Shown piece after piece: positions 11,486 through 22,900 of a stretch of 53,241 nt of DNA (position 1 is its first letter; the number at the start of each line of letters is the position of its first letter). This DNA comes from Catajapyx aquilonaris (Eukaryota), in NCBI GenBank assembly GCA_000934665.2, contig KZ538695.1, positions 1-53,241 of the forward strand. Direction: 5' to 3'. The notes beneath the pieces were generated by a model. It searched no databases. It saw only the letters and a list, made by a program, of their open reading frames with translations, and was not told where the DNA came from. Made by a program: the position numbers and the translations under genes.

Positions 11486-13613
11486 ACTGTACATTACGAA
11501 ATTCTGAAGGATGTCTCCATATCAAAAAATTTAATTGCCAATTTTTGCTGACTTGAAATGAGATTTAAGAATAATATTTTACAATGACACTGCACTCTAA
11601 CCTTCTTTTATTACTGTAAAATTTCACAAAATATTTCGTTAGACGACTTCTTATTACCTTACAAAAGAACGTCGCTATTCCGTGGTATTCTAAAATCGTC
11701 TCTGTGCAAATATACAAATACCAGTTTTAATACTACCAACCCACTTCAACAAGGTTATTACATGAATATATTATAACGTTAACCAGAGTCTGCATGTTGA
11801 GCCAACCTCTGTCTGATTTTATTCTTTATGTAGGCTTGTTTAATGTCGATGTGATGTTAGTCACGGAGGCCTCTGTCACCTTTGGCGGAGGAACAGTCGG
11901 GAGCCCTCATTCTAGAGGAGTAATCCCTCAAAAAAACTGGTGAAGGAATAATTTGATTAAAGAGTACCGGTAAATAAATGCTTGCAAATAATTATATTGA
12001 ACACCAATATATATTTTGTTTCAAATCACACTCGCTCATATTTATGTACGATTCAGTGGAATATCGCAACCCTATACCCAGTGGTATATAAGCACATTTT
12101 TTCCGACTGGTATGTAGGTCAAAGACATACAAAACAAAAAAGGGTTCGCATTATTACTCACAATGATTTTTACACAATAAGTAATAAATACCAGTCCTAT
12201 AAATGCTCTTTGTCTTCTTCTATGTAAGATGCATCTCTGATTTGTCCCAATTTCGTTTGAGAATTGTCCATGTTGAGTGACAGGTTGTTAGTGTGGCTCA
12301 AAGCATTGGACTTAGCCTCTCATGGTAGTCTACCCTAATCTTCTCTTCGTGTTATTTGCTCCGAACAGAATGATGGGATGAGAACAAACCATTCAAATAA
12401 ACTTTTGATTAGATTCACAGGATAATTACGGTACCGGTATTTTGGTTCACGTCTTGTGGTTATGAAATTATTATACAAGTATAATATTGTAATGTCCTGG
12501 CAACAGACTGTTGAGTGTTGCCTTGTAAACCGCTTTGTTGTTATTGGATCGGAATTATTATTGGAAGGAATAAATTTCTCCATAGACCATCCTCCTCTTG
12601 TAGCTTTTGTCCCTAATAGAGTGGGCTACAGTATGTTTCTGAGTTATTGTTATTCCTGGGGGCCCTCCCCCGTGTTCCATTATTCTTTGTGGTGTCTCTT
12701 CCGTCTGGATCGAGGGACACTACAGTATGATATAGGCCTACACTATACAGGGTGATCCAAAAGTCTAGACACAATAAATAATAAGTTTATATTGAATTGC
12801 ATTGTTGGTTGCCAGGTTGCCAATATTGTCAACCAACAATGCAATGCAATTAATTTATATGCATATCTCCTTTTGTGTAAGTTCTAGCATGTAGTATATC
12901 CCAAGTGTATATTCGGGATGAAAAATTCCACACAAAATGGCTCATTACACATTGTCGTTGCCATACCACGCATGTGGTAGCCTAGTCATCTAACCGCAAT
13001 AATAGACACATCAAACAATAAAAATAGCCTATAAGGTATATCGACTCAAAACTTCTAATTTTACATCCATTCGGTAATACACATCAATATTAGGTGATAT
13101 GTGACCAAAAAACCCACTACTCAGCCTGAAACTTTTCACGAATACAATTTTTAAAAACTCCTCCAGATCATGTTCACAACCTTACTTCGCGGCAAATGAG
13201 ATTTTACAATTATGTAACATGATCCTAGGACGCGCATCTTTCTAATATTAGGCTACTACAGATGCTGCGTCACAAAGAAAAATTGCATGCTGCTGGGTGA
13301 AATCAAGGAGCTGTAGATGTGTCTGATTATTAGCGCGGCAGAACAGAAGAGAATATACCGTTATGCCATAGTCACGACCCCAGACGCCTACTGAATACTG
13401 TATATTGTATACAGTATTTCATGTCGAAGCAATTCATATTTTACAAATCATCAAGAAAATTACGATCAATGAACTTTGAAAATGCACTGCAGTTGTGGAA
13501 AGTTACACAAAGTTTTGTGTTATTAGCAAGCAAGCTGAATATCTGCGGGAAAGGGAAGGAATATGCTACCGTATATACCTGACCCCAGATTATCTGATCC
13601 CAGTTCTTATGCT

Positions 13614-13850
13614 AATTGAACGATGTTATGCAATAATGGGTCAACCCACAAAAATGTCATAATTGAGTCAAGCCCAGGAACATATCGTACCTAAATGATA
13701 CTACTTCATTCAGTTAAAATCACGCTGGTGAAATCTGTGTAGTTCTGCCATAAATGACCGAAAAGAACACCGAATTAACTTCACATGTATGACCTTCAAA
13801 GCTCTTTTTCTCATGTGGGTTGACTCATTACTGCATAACACCGTCCAATT
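13614..13850. mobile_element. AATT-flanked MITE
   Basis: About 33-bp TIRs gaacgatgttatgcaataatgggtcaacccaca / ggacggtgttatgcagtaatgagtcaacccaca (rc), with AATT on both sides. Confidence 0.7.
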
Positions 13851-14382
13851 ACGGGTGGCTTAATTAGAAATTTGAGAATGAGCGACCTCATCCTCAGTCC
13901 CCTTATAGACATAGCTGCTCAATATTTCTAGATTCTAGATTACCTATAATTACCTATAATTACACCAACATTCTCGTAACCAAGGTAACAGTGTGTAAGG
14001 ACTTGAAAATGGAACAACGTATGCAGCCAATGTGAGTACAAAACACTGACCAAAGTACAGCCACCACGTAGAAATGCAATGACACTGCTGATGTGCTGCT
14101 GGAGGAGGTGGAAGGGGGGAGGAGGGAGGAGGAGGAGGGAAGGAATATGGTTTCCCGGGCAACTGAACAGCATTATTGGAACACAGGGGGCCAACTTCCA
14201 AAGTTCTTTTCGCCTCCTGTGGCCAAGGATGACCTCGGAGGTCAATTCCAATGCGCTAAGATCCTTCCCGGTAAAAAACTACCCCTGGTGATACCCCTGG
14301 GGCATATGTGGAGGCCTCCGTATGGATCTGTTTAGGTGACAGACAGAAAGACAGACAGATATAGGTCTTGAAATATGTATTA

Positions 14383-15300
14383 GATTCTCCAAAAACTTAC
14401 CAATACCATGTCCCTGCATAATAACTCGAAAATGGCTTGACTGAGAGAGTTGATTTTTTAAACATTTGGAGAAGCAGTTGACACCTAGCCATCCCCATGA
14501 AAACAAAGAAAAATATTAAATTAAGTTTCACTGCAAAAAATGTCAAAGGGCCTAAAATCACTATTCTTGTCATGTCCCGATCTGATTTTAAAGCATGCTA
14601 TATTTTCTTACAATTTAATTATTAACATTAGACAAGTTTCAATACGATGACTAAATTGTACTTAGTTGCAGGTATAAAACAACATTTTTAAAACGATTTA
14701 TTCATTTGACATGACCTTGCTGCATCAGTTTTCCCGGAAATAAAAAGTTCACACTCCTGCCTCATTTTTCTATGTCACAAAATAGCTTAAATATTTTGAA
14801 ATAACCGTGATTCCATGGCATGAAGGGTCTTCTTGAACCCACAGAAATTTCCAGAGTCAACGTTTGTTCTGGACCGTGATATTAATCCTAATCGATCCTA
14901 ATGCATCCAAAGGTCAATTCTTCTGGCTCCCAAACTCCTGGAAATAAAAGGTTCACACTCCTGGCTCATTTTTCTATGTCACATAATAGCTTAAATGTTT
15001 TGAAATAACTGTGATTCCATGGAATGAAGGGTCTTCTTGAACCCACCGAAATCTCCATAGACAACGTTTGTTCTGGGCCGCGATATTAATCCTATTGCAT
15101 GCATAGGTCATTCTTCTGGCTCCCGAACTCCTGGAAATATTCACTCTCCTGGCATTAGAATATCGGAATTAGTTCTCCATATTTTTCCCTGATTTGTGAC
15201 CTCATATAGAGTAAGTGAGAATTTTTCCAGATTTTTAAAACAAGTTTTGAAATTCATTAATTCTTGCTTTGAAAATGGTAAGTTTTTGGAGAATCACCCA
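14383..15300. mobile_element. Tc1/mariner-like non-autonomous element with an internal tandem duplication of about 200 bp
   Basis: Perfect 20-bp IR gattctccaaaaacttacca (14383-14402 / 15276-15295). Right end ...cacccatata. Tandem units about 14733-14935 and 14936-15128. Confidence 0.55.
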
Positions 15301-15432
15301 TATATAAAATAAAAATAAATCAGAGATGCTGCACCAGTGTGATTTATTTCACCACAAAGGGGTACAAATTAAAATAAAAATCGTTCTAATATTTATTCCC
15401 CTCAAAAATTAGAACAAATCGGGCTGCTGCCA

Positions 15433-17582
15433 CTAAAAATGCTCCTGTGGATCAGGCAGGAAGTTATCCACCAAGTCTTCCAAGCCATTGCCACGTTTGG
15501 TTTCCTCTTTAGCGTGAATACGCTTCTCAGCTCGCTGGGGCTCGTCTCCGCTGAACGGGTCATTACGGGAAGGCCTGTCGGATATGAAGTGTCTGCCTAC
15601 ACCAATTCCTCCATGATTCCTGCAACAAAAAAGGTAATTGAAAATACTATTACGCAACAAAACAGCTGATGAATCAACAAAACCTGTCGTGGAACATCCG
15701 AGCAAGACCATCGTGGGCCACCAGTTGGTCACCTCTGAATAGAGGAGACACGGAAAGATGAGCTTGCTGGCCGGATGTCGGGCCATTCTCTGGTGACAGG
15801 GTCCGGTAGATGGAATTGACCGAGTTGTGTTCCATGTCGGTTAATCTTCCTACGGAGGGTTCCGGATTGGAGTTGGTAGAACGCTTGCTGACATGAGGGC
15901 CATCGCTGTGCATGTTGGACGACCAAGTCATCAGGTTCATTGGATTCCAGCCCCTGGAGGCCAGCAGGTCGGTGGTGGACATGAAGTTGTCGTGGATCAT
16001 TGGTTTTGGGTCTTTGGACACCAGATTAGTTTCGTGAATCAGTGGGTAGTCGTCACGGACATCTGGGTACTGGTCGAAGGTCATAGAGTAAGAGGTGAAG
16101 GGCGCAGGAGCCACGTTGAAGGGCATTCGGTTGAAGTTCTTCGTCACCAGAGAATTGCGAGCCATCCTGTTGGAGGCGTGGGTTTCTATTCTTGATCCAT
16201 CGCGTTCCGAAGCAGGTAAGTCATGGCCGTCGGCGTAACCCTCCATATTTAGGTCGTGGGCAGCAGCGTTTGACGTGTAGGCAATGACGTTCATCTCCTT
16301 AGACACCAGCGTATCGCGGGGAGTCGGGTCGTAACCATGCGACTCCACCTCCGAGCCGTAGGCCATCAACTTCGAGTTTTTAGCGTACTCACCCCGAGTG
16401 TTCAATCCATAAGCTCCTGCGTTTGAATAGTGAGCAGCCGTGTTGGAACCGTAGGATCCCATGTTGGTCTCATGGTCAACCTGGCCAGGGTGAGCAGCGG
16501 GTGTATTCGAGCGATAGTTGTTCTGTGTCCCCACGTTGGTCTGGGCCATGTTCAATTCTAAGGCAGCCATATCGGCCTCACGATCGGCCAAGTTTGCGCC
16601 GTCGGCAGTCTGAATTGGTCCATAGGGCCTAGAGCTGTAAGGAACCAGGTTTGAATCATATGGCGGTACGTTTGAAGCAGCATCGTTTGAGCGGTACCCC
16701 CTGCTGGCACTGAAGGCAGCAGTGTTGACGTCACGGGCCAATGTGAACCAAGAAGTGAAAGGTATCAAACGCGTGCTCTTAGGTGGAATTGAGTCACGCC
16801 TTTGATTCCTGCCTTTGGGACTGCTTTGGTTTCCGCCTGACAGTAGCAGAGAAAGGGCATTCATTTCACGGGCCACCATCTTAGAATCGTGATCTTCTGA
16901 GCTGCCTCCTTCATTGCCTTGGATGGTAACGACATCTTGGGCAACGAAGATCGCTTCTGGAGTTACGCTTTGGTTCTCCACCTCAAAACTCACAACATCC
17001 ATGTCTGGAGCAGAAGAGTTCTTCTCCTGGAATTTCGAAGCTGCCAGTGTACTTACTTCTTGGAGATCGGAGTCTGAGTTCCCAACCAAGTTACCGCCAG
17101 GTGTAAACTGAACCAGGGACTGATAGGCATCTGTTGCTGGCAAGGTCACATCGGCAGAACTCCCTGTCTCTGTCTTCGGTTGTTTGTCTTCAGTAACTAC
17201 CTGCAGCTCATCCTCCAGTGGAGGTGAAACAATTTCCTGCATAGGCCAACCTCTCTTGAAGAAGAAGTCGACGACATCTTCGTTGACCGTAGAGTTTTCC
17301 GGTGTGGTGGTCACAGACACATCACTTGTGATGGGAGATACGCCATTGGTGATTGTCGAATCCAAGGGCATCAAGTAGGGAGATGTCAGCTCGGTTGACG
17401 ACGGTCTAGGCTGCTGGTCAGCCACGTTGTTCGGCTCCTCTGTCAACTCCCAGACAAGGCAGACAAAAGAGTTAGCACTCAGCGTGCAGAAGGCGAGGAA
17501 GCACACAAGCACCTGAAAGACAAAGACACTTCACCATGTGATCTGCCACAACAATGCACAGTCTTACTTGGCCCACAGCCAT
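15433..17582 (-). CDS. Uncharacterised secreted, low-complexity heptad-repeat protein, 676 aa
   Basis: Exons 17582-17568 (CACC ATG G, MAVGQ, donor GTAAGA), 17512-15684 and 15619-15433. Introns of 55 and 64 nt with matching phases. Hydrophobic N-terminus MAVGQVLVCFLAFCTLSANS. One 1.8-kb open exon. Minus-strand AATAAA at about 15392-15397. The last intron donor (AG|GTTTTG) is weak; unspliced, the ORF ends at 15674. Confidence 0.8.
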
Positions 17583-18039
17583 GGTGATTGTGGAGAAGAC
17601 AAACTTCAGCTGCTACTCTGGCCACTGTCAGCGAGAAAATGACTGGAGGTGGAACTATTTCCTTCTGACGTGAACGTCATGAACAGCAGGCCACGTGACA
17701 CAGCCGTAGTTTCATTGGAAAACAACAAATAACACGCATACAAGCACACAATGGTGCCTGCTGGAGATGGTCTGCATTCTAGTGATGCCCAGGATGGTAC
17801 AAATTCGAAGAAGGCAAACCATTGTTTTGCACTGGTACTACACAGATCCTTGACACCACGATGTATCCCAGTATCACAAATATTTTGTTAGGAAAACAAG
17901 ATGACATTTCAAGTATGCGCCAAGGCCAAATTCTCCGCCGACAGAAACTCTGCTTATTTGTTTACGGAATGCACTAATTAGTTATTGTGGCAAGACAAGT
18001 ACGCGTGAAAAAATGTGGGGAAATGACCGGGGGGGGGGN

Positions 18040-18045
18040 AGAGAG

Positions 18046-18077
<32 letters not shown>
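18040..18077. repeat. (GA)n microsatellite next to a single-N join
   Basis: Direct reading. Confidence 0.95.
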
Positions 18078-18201
18078 AAGGAAATAAAGAGAATATAATT
18101 TTTAAGTATGATCAAGGGTGAAAATATCTCTGGAGTAGATCTAAGACAAAAGCTAACATCTCGAATCTGTTCCTCTACTCAAGTTGATGACCCACACCGA
18201 A

Positions 18202-18385
18202 GCAGGTTGGTGTAGTGGATATGGAGTCCGCCTGCTAATCGGGAGGTCCTGGGTTCGAATCCCGGGGCCAGCGACCCTGACCGTCGCTTTCCGTGGTTTC
18301 CCACGGTCCCCCCAGGATAATTCTGGGGTCGTGTCCGTAAAAATAGGCCACAGCGGCTTCCTTCCGTCCATATCCTTGACCCCAC
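18202..18385 (+). mobile_element. tRNA-derived SINE
   Basis: A box TGGTGTAGTGG (18208-18218) and B box GGTTCGAATCC (18252-18262), followed by a non-tRNA body tttccgtggtttccc...aataggccac...cttcc typical of arthropod SINEs. Confidence 0.75.
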
Positions 18386-18756
18386 CCAAAAATTTTCCTC
18401 ACATATATATCTACAATCCAACATTCAACCTGAACAATGTGATCCAAACATTATGATTCCACACGATTAGGCATGGCTCCTGTCCCTTCAAATTGTGCAT
18501 AATGATACCATATCCACCATGTCCAAATCTCTCTGAATCTGAAGCCATAAGCCCTAGATCGCCCATTTTGCACAGATGTTGGGCGTCTGGTCTCATGAGG
18601 AATATGACGAATCCTCCCTTCCTCCCCCTTTTTTTGGCACCCAGGGCCATTGCCTACCTTCCTACACTTCATTCTATACTGGGTCTTTAATAATATTATC
18701 ACAGATAACACGGTAGGGTCAACTCATGGGGACCAGAGGATCACCTTATGTATGTA

Positions 18757-19614
18757 CAGTCCTGCTCATAAAGAATGGTACGACTCAGGGCCGGTGAAAG
18801 ACCTGGTGTGGGTGTGGAGCACTCCCCACCCGAATGATTCCGCATGGAGAAATTCCCCACCCGAAATCGGGGAGCAAATGGTCAAATGAAAAGAAATATC
18901 AACAGAAAAAAATTGTCATGCTCGTTTTTCGGTCCTGAAACGTCTGAAAAATTATCTTCTTACAACGATGTCCCAAAATCGGTTGAATGGCGTAACAATG
19001 TTGCATATTTATTCCGAAGAGGTCGACATACTTGATGATTAACAGTTAATGGACGAATTCATATCGAAAAATTCGCACTTTCTCGCAAAAAAATGAAAAT
19101 CATTTTTGGTAATATTGCTCTTACTAATTTATCCCGTACCGTAATAATTGCACTTGTTTTGAATTTCGAAAATGAGTTCCCCCCCCCCCTCTGCCCCTCC
19201 CCTACTTATTACTCACCACCCGGGCTGAATCTGTTTCACCGGCACTGGTACGACTCTATGGACAACATGTTTCTTCTGACTATCCAGCATTATTCCCAAC
19301 CTGATTTGGTCGCGACACTATGGACAACTTGTCCTAGATCTCTGGTGACCCATATGACCCCCTCCCGACTTTTTCCGAAATTTTGTATACCAAAATGTTC
19401 AACCTGGTCCAATGCTTACATAAATTTGAGATGAATTTCCCCCCTTAGATTTTCTTACTTTGCCTTGTTTTTTTTCTTCTCTTTTTTTTCTTGATTTTAA
19501 TTGCCTTTTCCCAGCCTTCCTCATGACCCCTAAAAACATGCTGGTGACCCAGAGGTTGGGAACAGAATAAACATTTTGTCCATAGAGTCGTACCATTCTT
19601 TATGAGCGGTACTG
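18757..19614. mobile_element. Tc1/mariner-type MITE interrupted by a hAT MITE
   Basis: TA-flanked TIRs cagtcctgctcataaagaatggtacgactc / cagtaccgctcataaagaatggtacgactc (rc). The left TIR resumes at 19248 after the insertion. Confidence 0.8.
18786..19247. mobile_element. hAT-type MITE
   Basis: TIRs cagggccggtgaaa / cagtgccggtgaaa (rc). Perfect 8-bp TSD GTACGACT at 18778-18785 and 19248-19255. Confidence 0.85.
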
Positions 19615-19999
19615 TACACCTGGTGCCAATATATGATCTGTTTCAGATAATGGGCTTCAAACACAGCCTGTTAAATATCCTGGCAGATGTGCATCGCTCT
19701 GCATAACCTTGCCTTTTTCATTTAAGTACATGCTACCCTGCAATTCTAAATTAAGCTATGACCTCCTTAGGTGTAGCATGCATTGAGAAAGACAATGGAA
19801 GTGTTGCAGGCTGTATATGTGGCAGAGATGTTCAATGCAGTCTTTCATTAATACCAATGATCTTTGTTAATGAGGCTATGAAAACCAAATGACACTTCTT
19901 CATAAATGATTCTGTGGTGCCCAGGAGTTCACCCTAGAACCCTGTAAATATTATTATGGGGCATCCTCCATACATGCTTCAAGGAATTCATGCCACTAA

Positions 20000-22900
20000 T
20001 TATTTTGTGGCAACCAATGCCAAGCTCCTAGGAGATATTGAATCGTTAAAAATCTTCACTAGTTTCACTTCACACTTCTGTTCTTGCAAGTAAACTAAAG
20101 CATCTGCAAGAATCAAATGCTCACAAAGGGGTTGGATGAGTGCTTGAAGTGCACTCAGTCCTTCCACAACACGTAAAGATGGCATGTGATGCAAAAACAA
20201 TTGCAGAAGAGGTTCCTTGTGTCTTTCATTAATACCATAACACTTGGAAGCTGCCTCCACATATGATTTAGGACAGCCAAGGTGTGTTTTATGTATCCCT
20301 CGTCGTTTTTTTCCAAGCACAAGACCTCCTAAAATAAACGATAATATTAGTATCATGTTTTAAAAGTTCTGTACAGGACAACTGATAATATAAGATTTAC
20401 CACTAGTCAGACCTGTGAGGCATACGCTTCTCACTGACAACAACATAAAAACTAGTTGACAGTTTCAAAGCAGGGACAGGGGGAGAGGTGTTGAATTAGT
20501 CTCCCCTGCTGTGTCCTTAACCCTGTACCGCGCATTATTGCAGGCCCGTGGAGAGCCGAGGCAGGCCCCATGGGTAACCTTCAAGGCCCCCCCCCCCCTC
20601 CCCTTCTTTCCAACCTAACCCACCCTAACCTTCTACAAACGGCATGAGCAGATCAGATTATTTAAATTATTTTATTTTATTTTATTCTTTATTATTTCGG
20701 CATTACAGGCCGTCCGGGCTCCCTGGCTCCAGCCATACCTACCACCCCCTCTCATCGGGCCTGCATTATTGTGACTTGAGGACAACAATATAAATTTGCG
20801 CAGGCGCCATAAGCTTCAACGTTGGTCCTGGAAACCACAGTGTGGCTTGATGTCACAGTTAGTTTGTTAGCTTCCACTAGATGACAAGCAATGTCCACAA
20901 ATGAAGCGGAGAGAATCCAAGGTCCTTGAAAATGGCGCGAAATTTGAATTTGCTGAAGCAGCAATATATTGTTTCTGGAGCTGATTAGATATAGGTACAG
21001 ATATTAAATATCCAATTACATGTGTAAAGTGCAAAGAGTAGCTCTCTCGCCACCATTTTCAGCCATTCTAATTTTGCCAGCACAATTTCATCACAATTTT
21101 TTGGCGGTGCAGGCTTGAGGTTTGAGTCCTAAGTCATTGTTCGTATTTTTTTCCAAAAACGGTAACATGTACAAATATGCCCATTACTACGTTTTTAAGG
21201 TCCGGCGATTATAATTTGGACTGGAATATAGATGGCCCAGAGATCTCAAGGAGAGCCGGCAAACGAAAGGGGATCGTGACCCCCACCCCGAGCTGCATGC
21301 GATGGTGGAATGGTGGGGGTTATGACCACCTTTAGTTTTCTGGCCCCCCCCCCTTGCGATATGGATGCCATCTGTATATCAGATCAAATTGTAATCGCCA
21401 GACCTTCAAAACTTAGCAAAGGTCATCTCTGTATGTGTTACTGTTTTTGAATTTAAAAAATACTTGCCATGACTTTTGACTCAGTCCGTTTAACTTCAAA
21501 GTCATTGGGTCAGAGATGACCAAAACATAATAAAAACCCTCAGTCGCCTATGGTGAGAAAAAGGTGTTAGAATTAGGGCAACACGGTGGCCGAGTGGTTA
21601 GTGCCGCAGCCTTCCACGTCTATGGTCCAGAGTTCGATACCCGGATCGGACAGGGGATACTTAGGTGGATGGAGTCTCGATGCGTTCTCTCCGTGTTCGC
21701 GTGGGTTTTCTCGGGGTTCTCCCGTTTCCTCCCCTATCAAAATCCATCACATTACAGGCAAATGATTAAAGTCGGTTATTCAAAAGATGATCCCCTACGA
21801 GGCCCAAGGAGGCCTATCACGGGGTATCCATTAATATATACTGTATATTATTATTAAAAAGGCGTTAGAATTTTTTTCTTCCCGAAATCCTAAATGTGTG
21901 CAGTACAGGGTTAAAAACGTGGATTACTGTCATAAATCATTTTCTGGCTGTTTACTTTTTCCTAATGCTTTTTTGGGAAAAGTACATTTTATTGAAAACT
22001 GTCAAACTTCTCCAGATATTCTTTGCCTTTTGATGTCCATTATCAAGTTATTACTGACTTTGCCTGTTAAAATTCATAATTTTATTAGTAACAAGACTAA
22101 CAACTTAATGTCTAGGAAATGACCTTGTCACTGTTGGTCATGCCTGTTTTCTGGGGAATCCCCATATAATCAATACCGACAGTATTTAAGGACCCATCAT
22201 TGCAACAACCCTGTTCTGCAATGATTCCCTCAGTGAATGTGTCAGAGACAACGTCAGAGTGCTCTGACACTGAGGGCACATTCACTGGTGGGCAGGGGTT
22301 CCGCTAAACCACGAACCACTAATAGCGGAACTAACTTTTCCGTTAGCTGATTAGCGTTTTCGCTAACTTTGTAAACAGTTAGCGGACCAATAATTAGCTT
22401 CCTCTAAGTTTTGTTTTGCTAAATGTCAGTTTGCTAACAGATGTATTGAGGGCCACGAGAGCCACCCTCTCAGATCACAACTTTTAGAGGCTGACGTTTT
22501 TGAAGGCTAACCGCCATCACTGCGAAACTATGGAGTCGGAGATGGTGCAGCCCACGGGTCCAGCCAAAGTGAATTACATTTTCCGATTGTACGAGGGCCA
22601 GTCAAAACAAATTGAGACTGATTTTTTTGTGATAAAGACAATAATATTAGTTTATGACTTGCAGTGAATGATATCATGTGCAGAATGCGAATGGATTGAA
22701 GTATTATAACATCAATTTTTGTTCACATATTCTACGATCCCAGGCAACTGTGACACCGGATGTAGAGCTAGGTTGATATTTGCCTCCTCTCTGCCAGGAG
22801 GTCAGCAGTGAGGACCAATACTCTGCATTGAGGTTTTGCTTCAGTTTGAAGACAACAGCGATGAAGGCGTACGACATGCTAGGAGAGGGGTATGATGAAG

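Noticed and set aside
18202..18275. Functional tRNA genes (also at 21583, 23311 and 26105)
   Set aside because: A and B boxes are present, but there is no clean acceptor stem and each continues into a SINE-like body.
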